Source of the DNA: Nitrospirota bacterium
GTDB lineage: Bacteria > Nitrospirota > Nitrospiria > Nitrospirales > Nitrospiraceae
Reading direction: 5' to 3'
NCBI GenBank assembly: GCA_963701855.1
Contig: CAVPBK010000006.1
Coordinates: 800,001 to 864,000, forward strand
DNA: 64,000 bases
The position numbers and the translations under genes are program-made. Below are positions 20,365 to 30,488 of the stretch, piece by piece. Positions within the stretch are counted from its first letter, which is position 1, and the number at the start of each line of letters is the position of its first letter. The notes below the pieces were generated by a model, which was given only the letters and a program-made list of their open reading frames with translations, ran no database searches and had not been told where the DNA came from.

Positions 20365-21920
20365 TCCACCCTTACCGGCTGTTTGGGCTCGATCGACGCC
20401 ACGGTCCCCCGGTCCAGTCGATCGACTAACGCCTGCACCGACCCGTTCATCATTCTCAAGAAAGGAGCGGGATAGAGGCCAATCCAGAGGATCATCACCG
20501 ACAAGGAAGCTGCAATGAGCATTTCACGGGGATGCAGATCGCTGATGGAGTCCTTGACGGCTTTGCCAAGCGGCCCCAACATCGACCGCTCGTAGTACCA
20601 GAGAAAATAGGCTGCACTAAAGATGACGCCAGTGACAGCAATCCCACCATACAGCCAATTGGCCTTGAAGGTTCCCAAGAGGATGAGGAATTCACCGACG
20701 AAACCGTTGGTGCCCGGCAAGCCGATCGATGCCAGCCCGATGAATAAAAAAAAGCTTGCGAGCACGGGGGTCTGTTTGGCCATGCCGCCGAATGAGCCCA
20801 GTTGGGTGCTCTGCTGCCGTGAGTAGAGAAAACCCGCGATAAAGAACAATCCCGCGGTGCTGAACCCCAAGTTGATCATGGTGAGCAAGCTGCCTTGAAG
20901 ACCCTGATAGTTAAGAGCGAAAAGGCCGATCACCACAAACCCGAGGTGACTGATGCTGCTGAATGCGAGAAGCCGGCGAAAATCTTGCTGGACCAGCGCC
21001 ATGATGGCCCCATAGAGAATCGCCGCCAATCCCAGCGCCATGATAATCGAAACGACAGTCTGGCTTTTCGATGCGTCGGGAAGCAACGGAATGCTAAACC
21101 GGATGAAGCCGAATGTTCCAAGCTTCAGCCCAGCCAGTACCACCGCCATGCCGATCGGACCTTCGAGAAGGGCGTCTGGAAGCCAGGTGTGGAAGGGGAA
21201 CACCGGAGCCTTGAACGCGAAGCCGAGGAACAGCAGCCAGAAAATGAGGATTTGTTGGCTGAGCGGGATCGGAACGGAAAGCAGTTCCAATAAGTCAAAC
21301 GAGTAGGTCTGCTCCATATGGCGTAACGTCGCCCACTGGTGATAATTGATGTCCAGGAGGGCAATGCCCACCAACATAAAGACACTGCCAAGCAAGGTAT
21401 AGAGCACAAATTTCAGCGCAGCATAGTGCCGCTCCGCTCCTCCACCCCAGAGCTTGATCAAAAAGTAACTGGGGATGAGCATGAGTTCCCAAAAGACGAA
21501 GAAGAGGATCAAGTCGATAGAGAGAAAGACCCCCATCGTGGTCGTCTCGAGGGCAAGAAGCGCCATCATATAAAGCTTCACTTGATGGCGGATGGTATCC
21601 CAGGAATAGATGATGATGAGGACCCCGAGGAATGCGGTGAGTCCAACGAAGAGGACGCTGATCCCATCAACTGCAAGGTGGTAACTGACCCCAAGGGCGG
21701 GAATCCACGGCACATGTTCGGAGAACTGCATGGCAGCCGATTCGGGAATGAATCGTAAAAGCACGAATACAGAGAGGGCCAACTCCAGGAGCGCGATCGT
21801 TAAGGCGGAAGTACGGACCATGTCCTCGTCGTCGAACAGCCACAGGACGACGGCCCCAATGACGGGGAGAAAAAGAATACAGGTGAGAATCGGAAACGTT
21901 GACGCCAGTTCCTCTAACAT
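20361..21920 (-). CDS. nuoM: NADH-quinone oxidoreductase subunit M (first copy)
   Basis: LAVDGIS, FWELMLIP, FKAPVFPFHTWLPDA, GLPGTNGFVGEF. Confidence 0.93.
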   Translation of the reverse strand: MLEELASTFPILTCILFLPVIGAVVLWLFDDEDMVRTSALTIALLELALSVFVLLRFIPESAAMQFSEHVPWIPALGVSYHLAVDGISVLFVGLTAFLGVLIIIYSWDTIRHQVKLYMMALLALETTTMGVFLSIDLILFFVFWELMLIPSYFLIKLWGGGAERHYAALKFVLYTLLGSVFMLVGIALLDINYHQWATLRHMEQTYSFDLLELLSVPIPLSQQILIFWLLFLGFAFKAPVFPFHTWLPDALLEGPIGMAVVLAGLKLGTFGFIRFSIPLLPDASKSQTVVSIIMALGLAAILYGAIMALVQQDFRRLLAFSSISHLGFVVIGLFALNYQGLQGSLLTMINLGFSTAGLFFIAGFLYSRQQSTQLGSFGGMAKQTPVLASFFLFIGLASIGLPGTNGFVGEFLILLGTFKANWLYGGIAVTGVIFSAAYFLWYYERSMLGPLGKAVKDSISDLHPREMLIAASLSVMILWIGLYPAPFLRMMNGSVQALVDRLDRGTVASIEPKQPVRVD

Positions 21921-21929
21921 CGCAGTGCT

Positions 21930-23894
21930 TTACAGTTGCATGATGAGCTGAATAACGACCGCCAGCAGAAAAAGCCCGGCCACTATGATGGCGGCATAAT
22001 GATGCACCATCCCGCTCTGCAGTCGCCGCCATTGGCGGGCTGCGAGATGGTTGCCGTATCCGATCACATTGAGGCCGCCGTAGATCACGTATTTCTCCGC
22101 CCACGTCGAACCAGCCGCGGCCAATCCGGCCAGCTGCGCGACGCCGTGCACGAGGCCGTCGATCACAATGCGATCAAACCAGTCGAACACAAATCCCAGC
22201 TTCTTGGCCGGCTCCACCCATAACAGATCATAGAGTTCATCGACATAGTACTTGTTGAGCAAGATCCTGTAGCCCGCCTGAAATTGTGCGGCCAGGCGGT
22301 CCGGCGCCGAAAGATTTACGCTATAAAAATAGTGCGCGAGGCCCCAGCCCAGCAACGCAATCCCTGTGGCAACCATCATAAGCATGAGCACGAGCCCGGT
22401 GCTCACGTCATGCTCCCCTCCCGTGCCCGCAACCGGTGCAAGAAATTGATGGAGCCAGCCCTGTTCAGGGGGAAAGCCCAGAAATCCACCAAGAATAGAC
22501 AGCACACCTAACACCATAAGCGGACCGACCATCACCATAGGAGACTCATGGACATGTTCCTCCGTATGATGGTCCATGCGAGATGCCCCATAAAATGTCA
22601 GATAGATCAGGCGGAACATGTAGAAAGAAGTCAAGAGTGCGCCGACGGCAGCCATTCCGTAGAGCAGATAGTGGTGATGCGTGAAAGCATGGGCCAGGAT
22701 TTCATCTTTGCTCCAGAAGCCTGCCAACGGCGGAATGCCTGCAATGGCGATCGTGCCGACCAGAAACAGTCGATAGGTCCAAGGGATTTTTTGGCTGAGG
22801 CCACCCATCTTTCGAATGTCTTGCTCGCCCGAGAGCGCGTGGATCACCGATCCGGCGGTGAGGAACAAGAGGGCCTTGAAGAAGGCATGGGTCATGAGGT
22901 GGAAGATGGCAGCCGTATAGGCTCCAATCCCGCACCCGAGAAACATGTACCCAAGCTGGCTCACGGTCGAATAGGCCAGAACTCGCTTAATGTCCGTTTG
23001 CACGAGGCCGATGGTGGCGGCAAACAAGGCTGTGAGTCCGCCGATGACGCCAACGATCGTCATGGCCATCGGCGACAAATCGAAAATGGCATGGTTCCGT
23101 ACGATCATGTAGACCCCGGCTGTCACCATCGTTGCCGCATGGATCAATGCGCTGACGGGTGTCGGACCTTCCATTGCATCCGGGAGCCAAGTGTAGAGAG
23201 GAAGTTGAGCCGATTTGCCGACTGCTCCGACAAGGAGACAGAGTGCAATCGCGGTGGCCATCTCCGGCGAGAGCTGGCCGATTTGGGAAAAGACTTTTGT
23301 ATAATCGAGCGTCTTGAAATTGACAAAGATGAGAAAGATGGCCAGAAGGAATCCCGCGTCCCCGATGCGGTTCACCACAAAGGCTTTCGAGGCAGCCTTT
23401 GCAGCGGAGACCTTGTCGTAGTAGTAGCCGATCAACAGATAGGAACAGAGTCCCACCCCTTCCCAGCCGATGAAGAGCACCACATAGTTGTTCCCCATGA
23501 CGAGGAGCAGCATAGAGACCATGAAGAGGTTCATGTAGGTGAAGAATCGCGTGAATCCACTTTCCCCATGCATATAGCCGACGGAATAAACGTGGATCAG
23601 GAGCCCAACCCCCGTGACAACGAGCAGCATCATGCATGTGAGAGGATCAACAAGGTATGCGAGATTGACGGTGAGGTCACCGCCGAAAATCCATTGATAG
23701 ACAATGACTTCATGGGGCGCGCCGGTCTGTAGGATGTCTACAAACACGCCGATTGTGCAGAGAAACGACAAACCCACCGATCCCCAAGCAAGCCGGTGCG
23801 CGACATCGTGGGAATACCGCCTGCCGAAGAACCCGTTCAGGATCACGGCCAGTAAGGGAAACAGCGGAATGAGCTTGATGAGCAGATCCGTCAC
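21930..23894 (-). CDS. nuoL: NADH-quinone oxidoreductase subunit L with extended lateral helix
   Basis: GWEGVGLCSYLLIG, GKSAQLPLYTWLPDAMEGPTPVSALIHAATMV, HAFFKALLFL. Confidence 0.95.
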   Translation of the reverse strand: MTDLLIKLIPLFPLLAVILNGFFGRRYSHDVAHRLAWGSVGLSFLCTIGVFVDILQTGAPHEVIVYQWIFGGDLTVNLAYLVDPLTCMMLLVVTGVGLLIHVYSVGYMHGESGFTRFFTYMNLFMVSMLLLVMGNNYVVLFIGWEGVGLCSYLLIGYYYDKVSAAKAASKAFVVNRIGDAGFLLAIFLIFVNFKTLDYTKVFSQIGQLSPEMATAIALCLLVGAVGKSAQLPLYTWLPDAMEGPTPVSALIHAATMVTAGVYMIVRNHAIFDLSPMAMTIVGVIGGLTALFAATIGLVQTDIKRVLAYSTVSQLGYMFLGCGIGAYTAAIFHLMTHAFFKALLFLTAGSVIHALSGEQDIRKMGGLSQKIPWTYRLFLVGTIAIAGIPPLAGFWSKDEILAHAFTHHHYLLYGMAAVGALLTSFYMFRLIYLTFYGASRMDHHTEEHVHESPMVMVGPLMVLGVLSILGGFLGFPPEQGWLHQFLAPVAGTGGEHDVSTGLVLMLMMVATGIALLGWGLAHYFYSVNLSAPDRLAAQFQAGYRILLNKYYVDELYDLLWVEPAKKLGFVFDWFDRIVIDGLVHGVAQLAGLAAAGSTWAEKYVIYGGLNVIGYGNHLAARQWRRLQSGMVHHYAAIIVAGLFLLAVVIQLIMQL

Positions 23895-23895
23895 G

Positions 23896-24198
23896 TTACC
23901 ACTTTAAGAAGTTCATCTCGTCCACGTTCGTGGAGATCTTTCCACGGAACACGACGATGATGATGGCCAGCCCGATCGCCGCTTCCCCGGCAGCAATGGC
24001 GATGATAAAGAGTGCCACCAGTTGACCCGCCATAGATTCCAGGTAATGGGAGAAGGCAACGAAGTTAATGTTCGCCGCGTTCAACATGATCTCGACAGAC
24101 ATGAGCACGATGATGAAGTTCCGCCTGATCAATACGCCGAGCAGGCCGGTGATAAAGAGCACGGCGCTGACGGCGACATATGCGCTGAGTGGAATCAT
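23896..24198 (-). CDS. nuoK: NADH-quinone oxidoreductase subunit K
   Basis: RRNFIIVLMSVEIMLNA, AAGEAAIGLA. Confidence 0.95.
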   Translation of the reverse strand: MIPLSAYVAVSAVLFITGLLGVLIRRNFIIVLMSVEIMLNAANINFVAFSHYLESMAGQLVALFIIAIAAGEAAIGLAIIIVVFRGKISTNVDEMNFLKW

Positions 24199-24285
24199 AG
24201 TGACCCGTGAGGCGTGAGGCGTGAGACGTGAGGCGCACGAACCCTTGTCTTTTCTGTTGTCGTTCGTCCCTTCACGCCTAACCCC

Positions 24286-24810
24286 TTACGCCTTACGTTC
24301 TTTGTTGGACGGTTTCGGCGTTTTTGCGAGCACGATCGCTCCAATGACGGCTCCCAGCAAGAACACCCCGACGATCTCGAACTGCAACAGATACTCGCTG
24401 AACATCTTGATCCCGACCGCGTGGGTACCCCCGGCCTCAAGTATCGCCTCGGTCGGCGCATCGCCCTTTGCGCCCCCGAATGGTGAGCGGACCAGGAGTG
24501 CCAGCACGTACAATGATCCGATGGCTGCTGGCCCCAGAAAGTACAGGTAGGAGGAGTGGAAATACCGGTCGTCGGTTTTCAAGTTCATGAGCATCAGTAC
24601 GAAGAGATACAAGACGAGGATCGCACCGGCATAGACGATGATCTGCACGGCCCAGAGGAACTCGGCGTTGAGGAGAATGAAAAGTCCTGAAACATGGACC
24701 AATAAGGCAAGAAGCGCCAGACCACAATGCACCGGGTGCTTGAGCGCGACCGTCAAGACACCCGCAGCAATACTGGCCAATGCGAAATAGGCAAAAAAGA
24801 TCGAAACCAT
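24286..24810 (-). CDS. nuoJ: NADH-quinone oxidoreductase subunit J
   Basis: LNAEFL, QIIVYAGAILVLYLFVLML, YLLQFE. Confidence 0.93.
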   Translation of the reverse strand: MVSIFFAYFALASIAAGVLTVALKHPVHCGLALLALLVHVSGLFILLNAEFLWAVQIIVYAGAILVLYLFVLMLMNLKTDDRYFHSSYLYFLGPAAIGSLYVLALLVRSPFGGAKGDAPTEAILEAGGTHAVGIKMFSEYLLQFEIVGVFLLGAVIGAIVLAKTPKPSNKERKA

Positions 24811-24817
24811 CGATTGC

Positions 24818-25405
24818 TTAGCTCAGATGCTTGGGTGGTGGTTGGGTCGACTTGAGTACCGATTGCGGGAAGTAGTACCGATATTCCCGGCTTTCCTCGA
24901 CGTTCTGTTCCTGGTTGTGCGCGTACAAGTATTTTTTTGCATCGTCGAGATGACGCTCACCGATTTCGTACAGCCGCTTCTTGTCGAACAGCAAGGTGCG
25001 CTTATCGTGGGTCGAGAACTCGTACATTTTCGTCATAGCCAGCGCATTAACGGGACAAGCCTCGACACAGTAGCCGCAAAAGACACATTTCGTAATGTCG
25101 ATATAAAACTCGCTGGCAAATCGCTGCAACGGACGCGCCGGATCTTCCAGGCTGATGACCTTGATGCAGCGGGACGGGCAGGCGGCTTCGCAGAGATCAC
25201 AGCCGACACAACGTTCCTGGTGATCGTCGTAGCGTAGGAGTGCGAGTGCTCCTCGGTGGGTGTCGGGAAGGGTTCGCTGCTCCCGTGGATACTGAAACGT
25301 CATGGGCTTATGGAACATGTGCTTGAACGTCACCTTCATGGCGTCCCAAATTTCATAGAACAAGGCGGCCTGGAGGATTTGCTTTGTTAGTGTGGCAACA
25401 CTCAT
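24818..25405 (-). CDS. nuoI: NADH-quinone oxidoreductase subunit I
   Basis: TFQYP; CVGCDLCEAACP and CVFCGYCVEACP. Confidence 0.95.
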   Translation of the reverse strand: MSVATLTKQILQAALFYEIWDAMKVTFKHMFHKPMTFQYPREQRTLPDTHRGALALLRYDDHQERCVGCDLCEAACPSRCIKVISLEDPARPLQRFASEFYIDITKCVFCGYCVEACPVNALAMTKMYEFSTHDKRTLLFDKKRLYEIGERHLDDAKKYLYAHNQEQNVEESREYRYYFPQSVLKSTQPPPKHLS

Positions 25406-25425
25406 ATCCGTTACCCTGCTCCCTC

Positions 25426-28122
25426 TTATGCCTTTTCGATCGTCACGCGGGTCCGCTTAAACGAGGGAACTCCGGTCGTCGGATCGACCTGAACCGACAT
25501 CAAATCCTTCACAGGCGGCTCATTGAAATGCTCTGGGAAGAAGCAGGTCTGTGGCGCGACAGATTGATCAGGTTGCACCGCCAATTGCATTGAGCCGAGG
25601 TCCGACGTGAGGCGCACCGCCATCCCCTCACCCACTGCAAGTTGCTCCATATCTTGAGGATTCATTCTGAGCCGCCCGGTATTGGGGGCAATCGTGATGA
25701 GCCCTGGAGCTTCAGTGGACAGCTTGCCGGAATGATACAAGACCTGTCCCATCAACAACGCGAAGGGGCGACGGTTCTCGGAGTCTGATGGAGCAGGGGT
25801 TTGATAGCGTGCTGCCACATCGGTGGCGTAGCCGTTGGAGAGATAGCGGTCCACCATCGGCACAACCTTGCGCGGCTGTCCTAGGTTGTAATACCCGGGC
25901 AGCAACTTCATGATCTCGGCTTGAATATCGTTCGGAGATTCGTATTCCCATTGACAGCCCAGCGCGTTAGCCAAGGCCGTCATGATGTGCCAGTCCGGCA
26001 AACTTTCCCCGATGGGATCGATGGCCTCACGGACGCGCAGAACTCGGCCTTCCAAGTTGGTGAAGGTGCCGTCCTTTTCGGCAGAGGTACAAGCCGGCAA
26101 CACTGCATGCGCCATCCGCGCAGTCTCGGTCAGGAACGGATCCTGAACGACGAGCAATTCCAGTCGGTCCAGCGCGGCGCGGACTTCCATCGATGCAGGC
26201 AATGTGGCGAGCGGGTTTTCTCCGATGACATAGAGGGCGCGGATCTGGCCGCTCCTGCAGCGCTTGAGAATTTCGACGAGATTCGCGCCAGAGCCGGCCG
26301 CTGGGAGCGTGACGTCCCAGGCCTTGGCAAAGCGATCGCGAGCTGTCTGATCATTGAACGAAGCTTGGCCAGGAAGGAATTCCGGCGCGGCGCCCATATC
26401 CACGGCGCCTTGCTCGTTCGGCTCTTCTGTCACCGTATTCACCCCGCAGCCAGGTTGGCCCAACTTGCCTGTGACCCAGGCGAGGTCGATCAGTTTCAAG
26501 ACGTTCTGATACCCGTCTGGCTGGCGGACGATGCCTTCGGCGCAGAGAATGATGGCCCGAGACGCTTCCGCGAAGATCGCCGCAATATCTTTTAATGATT
26601 CGACCGACATGCCGGTCTGAACAGCCACCTGCTCTAACGAGATGTGGGCCACGGCGGCCTTCAAGGATTCGAAGGCTTGTGGATGTTTCTTGATGCTCTC
26701 TTCGTCGATCAAATCCAGCTCCAGGGTAGCCTTCACAAGTCCGTCGATCACGAGTCCCTCCGTTCCCGACTTGATCAGGACAGGATGGGACGCAAGCTTG
26801 GCCATGTTCGTGATTGCGGAATCGATGACGACTACTTGCGCTTTATAGACGCGAATAGCTTCTTTGATACGCACAGCCGTGAGCGGGTTTGTCTCCGAGA
26901 TATTAGAACCGATGAGTATCACTGCTTGGGCTTTTGTCAGGTCTTCCCAGTCGTTCGGGCTCCGTCCAATTCCCAAGGCGTGCCGAGAGGCATGGACGAA
27001 GTTGAGATGGCCGTAGCGCGCGCTGCTATCGAGATGGTTCGTCCTGAACCCTGCGCGCATGAGTTTCTGAAAGAGATACAGCTCTTCGTTGGTACAGCGG
27101 GCGGTGATCAGACCGGCAATCGCATCTGGTCCGTTCTTGCGTTGGATTTCTGAGAATCGATCCACCACCTGGTGCATGGTTTCGAGCCAGGGAGTTTCGA
27201 CGAGCTGATTACCTTTACGAAGGAGAGGCTGCTTCAGACGTGCGGCGCTATCGATGTACTCGAAGCCGAAACGCCCTCGCACACAGAGTCCACCGTGCCC
27301 CTTGGCCGTCTCGGCTCGGTCGCCCCATTTGTTCTTCCAGGACAGAGGCGAGGTCACACGGACGACTTCCGCGTCCTTAGTCTCAAGATACATCTGGCAG
27401 CCGTCCCCACAGTAGTTACAGGTTGTTGTGGTTTTTTTCATCTGCCACGGCTTGTATAAATATTTAGAGAACTTGTTCGTGATCGCGCCGACCGGGCAGA
27501 CGGCGAGGCAGTCTCCACAGAACTCGCAGGACAATGCAAGATCTCCCTTCGGCACCACTTGATTAAATCCGCCCTTCTTCATGAATTGGAGCGCGTCGAT
27601 CATCAACACGTCCTTACAAACGTTGATGCATTCCGCGCAGGCGATGCAGCGGTTCATATTGAAGTCGAGCACGGGACTGCGCGTATCTTCCGGAATAAAT
27701 TTCTGCTTCGCGTTAGCCAGATTCGTCACGCCATGCCGGAAGGCCATGTCTTGCAGTTCGCAGTGGCCGTCGGCGTCGCAGACCGGGCAGTCAAGCGGAT
27801 GGACCGAAAGATGTTTTTCCACTGCTTTCTTCCTGGCTTGAAAGAGTTCGTCTCCCTCGGTTTTGATAATCATGCCGGCTGCAGCTTTGGCGGTGCAGGA
27901 CCGGACAGGAGCTTTCTTGCCCTCCTGCATGACCAAACACATACCGCAGGAACCGAAGGGATCGAAGGTGTAGTGGTAACACATGGCCGGGATGATCTTG
28001 CCCGTGCTCGATATCACATCATAGAGCGAGACCCCGCTCTTTGCTGTCACAGACTTCCCATCGATCGACAGTTCGATCGTAACTGCTTCCACGTCGGGAT
28101 TGGTTGCTGGCTTCAAACCCAT
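25426..28122 (-). CDS. nuoG: NADH-quinone oxidoreductase subunit G (formate-dehydrogenase-alpha-like)
   Basis: [2Fe-2S] CYH...CGMC, HPLDCPVC, CIACAECINVC, CEFCGDCLAVCP, CNYCGDGC; molybdopterin-oxidoreductase fold; located in the nuo operon. Confidence 0.88.
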   Translation of the reverse strand: MGLKPATNPDVEAVTIELSIDGKSVTAKSGVSLYDVISSTGKIIPAMCYHYTFDPFGSCGMCLVMQEGKKAPVRSCTAKAAAGMIIKTEGDELFQARKKAVEKHLSVHPLDCPVCDADGHCELQDMAFRHGVTNLANAKQKFIPEDTRSPVLDFNMNRCIACAECINVCKDVLMIDALQFMKKGGFNQVVPKGDLALSCEFCGDCLAVCPVGAITNKFSKYLYKPWQMKKTTTTCNYCGDGCQMYLETKDAEVVRVTSPLSWKNKWGDRAETAKGHGGLCVRGRFGFEYIDSAARLKQPLLRKGNQLVETPWLETMHQVVDRFSEIQRKNGPDAIAGLITARCTNEELYLFQKLMRAGFRTNHLDSSARYGHLNFVHASRHALGIGRSPNDWEDLTKAQAVILIGSNISETNPLTAVRIKEAIRVYKAQVVVIDSAITNMAKLASHPVLIKSGTEGLVIDGLVKATLELDLIDEESIKKHPQAFESLKAAVAHISLEQVAVQTGMSVESLKDIAAIFAEASRAIILCAEGIVRQPDGYQNVLKLIDLAWVTGKLGQPGCGVNTVTEEPNEQGAVDMGAAPEFLPGQASFNDQTARDRFAKAWDVTLPAAGSGANLVEILKRCRSGQIRALYVIGENPLATLPASMEVRAALDRLELLVVQDPFLTETARMAHAVLPACTSAEKDGTFTNLEGRVLRVREAIDPIGESLPDWHIMTALANALGCQWEYESPNDIQAEIMKLLPGYYNLGQPRKVVPMVDRYLSNGYATDVAARYQTPAPSDSENRRPFALLMGQVLYHSGKLSTEAPGLITIAPNTGRLRMNPQDMEQLAVGEGMAVRLTSDLGSMQLAVQPDQSVAPQTCFFPEHFNEPPVKDLMSVQVDPTTGVPSFKRTRVTIEKA

Positions 28123-28193
28123 GTTGTTTCCTCGTGAAAAGTGAAACGAAATCGCCGCTCTACCATTTACTTTTCACATCGTCCACTCCGCGT

Positions 28194-29438
28194 CTATCGG
28201 TCGCACTCCCCCATCACAATGTCGTAGGTCCCGAAGATCGTGACCGCATCGGAGATCATGTAGCCTCTGGACATATGGTCGAATGCGCCCATGTGAACAA
28301 AGGAGGGGGCGCGAATTTTCAAGCGGTAGGGTTTCCCGCCGCCCGTGCTGACGATGTAGAAGCCCAACTCCCCCTTATGCGCTTCTGTTCCACAATAGAT
28401 CTCTCCCGGAGGGGCGTCGAAGCCCTGCGAGAAAAGCTTGAATTGCTGGATCATGGATTCCAGATTCGTAAAGACTCGTTGCTTTGGCGGCAATGTGACG
28501 CTAGGCACATCGGCCATAATGGGGCCGTCCTGCATCTGCTCTAGGCATTGCCGGATGATTTTCACGCTCTCGTAGAGTTCCTGGACGCGGATCCAGTACC
28601 GGTCGTAGGTATCGCCGTTCTTGCCGAGCGGCACACTGAATTCACATTTTGGATAGGCCGAGTACGGCTGGGCTTTACGGAGGTCGTAGTCGACACCGGA
28701 GCCACGGAGCGTTGGGCCACTCAGGCCGAAGCTCACGGCGTCTTCCGCTGAGATAATGGCCACTCCTTTAGTCCGCCCGACCCAAATCCGGTTCGTCTCC
28801 AGGAAGACCATGTACTCGTCGATTTTTGACGGAAAGTAGTCCAAGAACTGCTTGAGTTTATTAAGCAACGAGGACGTGAAGTCCCGCTCGACGCCGCCGA
28901 TGCGATACCAACTGGTGGTGAGGCGCGCGCCACAAAGTTCGTCGAACCAATCCATCAAAATTTCCCGATCACGGAAACAATAGAAAAAGACGGTCATGGC
29001 TCCAATGTCGAGCGCCTGGGTGCCGAGCCAAAACTGATGACCGATGATTCGTTGGACCTCTGCCACGATCGTGCGCAGGTATTCTGCACGGTCCGGCACG
29101 GTAATATTCATCAGCTTTTCGACCGCGCGACAGTAGGCAAAATTGTTGTACATCGCGCAGACATAGTCGAGCCGGTCGGTATGGGGGATAAATTGGTGAT
29201 AGGTGCCGTCTTCCGCAAGCTTCTCCACCCCACGGTGCAAATATCCCAACACGGGGGTAGACTTGACGAGGCGTTCTCCTTCTAATTCGAGAATCACTTT
29301 TAGCACCCCATGGGTAGCAGGGTGCTGGGGGCCCATATTGAGCAGCAGTTCTTCCGTGCGCAGGGTTGGAAGGGTCTCGCTTCCCGGATGAGCCAGATCG
29401 ATCTTGTAGACGGTTGTTCGTTGATCTTCAAAAGCCAT
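28194..29438 (-). CDS. nuoD: NADH-quinone oxidoreductase subunit D
   Basis: NMGPQHPATHGVL, GYLHRGVEK, DRLDY, DIVMGECDR. Confidence 0.96.
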   Translation of the reverse strand: MAFEDQRTTVYKIDLAHPGSETLPTLRTEELLLNMGPQHPATHGVLKVILELEGERLVKSTPVLGYLHRGVEKLAEDGTYHQFIPHTDRLDYVCAMYNNFAYCRAVEKLMNITVPDRAEYLRTIVAEVQRIIGHQFWLGTQALDIGAMTVFFYCFRDREILMDWFDELCGARLTTSWYRIGGVERDFTSSLLNKLKQFLDYFPSKIDEYMVFLETNRIWVGRTKGVAIISAEDAVSFGLSGPTLRGSGVDYDLRKAQPYSAYPKCEFSVPLGKNGDTYDRYWIRVQELYESVKIIRQCLEQMQDGPIMADVPSVTLPPKQRVFTNLESMIQQFKLFSQGFDAPPGEIYCGTEAHKGELGFYIVSTGGGKPYRLKIRAPSFVHMGAFDHMSRGYMISDAVTIFGTYDIVMGECDR

Positions 29439-29446
29439 CGCTTGTC

Positions 29447-29950
29447 CTACCGAGCCGTTTCGTCCAGAAACTCGAATGTGTCGCGCCAGCCCCTGCCTCG
29501 GAGCGGAAAATCTTTTCGCAACGGGTAGCCTTCGGTATAATCATCCGGCATGAGGATTCGACGAAGATCCGGATGGTGCCGGAATCGGATTCCCATCATG
29601 TCGTAGACTTCACGCTCCATGAAGTCTGCGCCTTTCCAGAGATCCGTCAGAGAATCCACAATGCAATCCGATTCCGGCACCCTGGTCTTGAGCCGAATAC
29701 GCTGGCGTTTCCTGATCGAGTAAAACTCGTAGACAACTTCAAATCGCTCTTCGTCGTCAGGCCAGTCGACCGAACTCACATGCACGATATAGTCGAAGTC
29801 CATGGCCGGGTCGTCATGAAGGAATTGAGAGACCTCATGGAGTCGATCCCGCGTCACAGTCACCGCAAGATCGCCACGCCATTCGACGGCCTTGACGAAG
29901 CCGGCAGAAAAGTTTTCTTGGAGTCGGCTGGCCATTTGCTGCAAGGACAT
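29447..29950 (-). CDS. nuoC: NADH-quinone oxidoreductase subunit C
   Basis: EREVYDMMGIRF, HPDLRRILM, YPLRKDFPL. Confidence 0.96.
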   Translation of the reverse strand: MSLQQMASRLQENFSAGFVKAVEWRGDLAVTVTRDRLHEVSQFLHDDPAMDFDYIVHVSSVDWPDDEERFEVVYEFYSIRKRQRIRLKTRVPESDCIVDSLTDLWKGADFMEREVYDMMGIRFRHHPDLRRILMPDDYTEGYPLRKDFPLRGRGWRDTFEFLDETAR

Positions 29951-29960
29951 CGACCGAGAC

Positions 29961-30488
29961 CTATATTTTCAGACCGGGCTTGACCTGATCCGGTTGCTTC
30001 TGAAACACGGGTTTCAGCATGATTCGTTCTTGTAATTTGAGTATGCCGTCAAAGAGTGCCTCCGGCGTTGGAGGGCAACCCGGTACATAGATATCAACCG
30101 GAACAAAGCGGTCGACACCTTGGACGACACTATAGCTGTCATATATATTTCCTGACGTCGCGCAAGACCCCATGGCAATGACATATTTCGGCTCGGGCAT
30201 CTGATCGTACAATTTTCGGATAACGGGGGCCATCCGCCGGCAAACGGTACCGGCCACAATCATCAGATCGGACTGGCGCGGTGAGGCCCGAAAGACACCG
30301 GCACCATAGCGATCCATATCGTACCGTGATGAGACTGCGGCGATCATTTCGATCGCGCAGCAGGCCAAGCCAAACGTCATGGGCCACAGTGATCCCTTGC
30401 GACCCCAGTTGACGGCTTTTTCTATCGTCGTGATAATGACATCGGACGTGCCATCCTTGTCATGACGACCAATTTGGATCAGTCCCAT
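29961..30488 (-). CDS. nuoB: NADH-quinone oxidoreductase subunit B
   Basis: [32 protein letters not shown] at 30488 overlaps the nuoA end. Confidence 0.96.
   Translation of the reverse strand: MGLIQIGRHDKDGTSDVIITTIEKAVNWGRKGSLWPMTFGLACCAIEMIAAVSSRYDMDRYGAGVFRASPRQSDLMIVAGTVCRRMAPVIRKLYDQMPEPKYVIAMGSCATSGNIYDSYSVVQGVDRFVPVDIYVPGCPPTPEALFDGILKLQERIMLKPVFQKQPDQVKPGLKI

Noticed and set aside
25426..28122. Active formate dehydrogenase
   Set aside because: The Cys/Sec Mo ligand and the catalytic Arg are absent.
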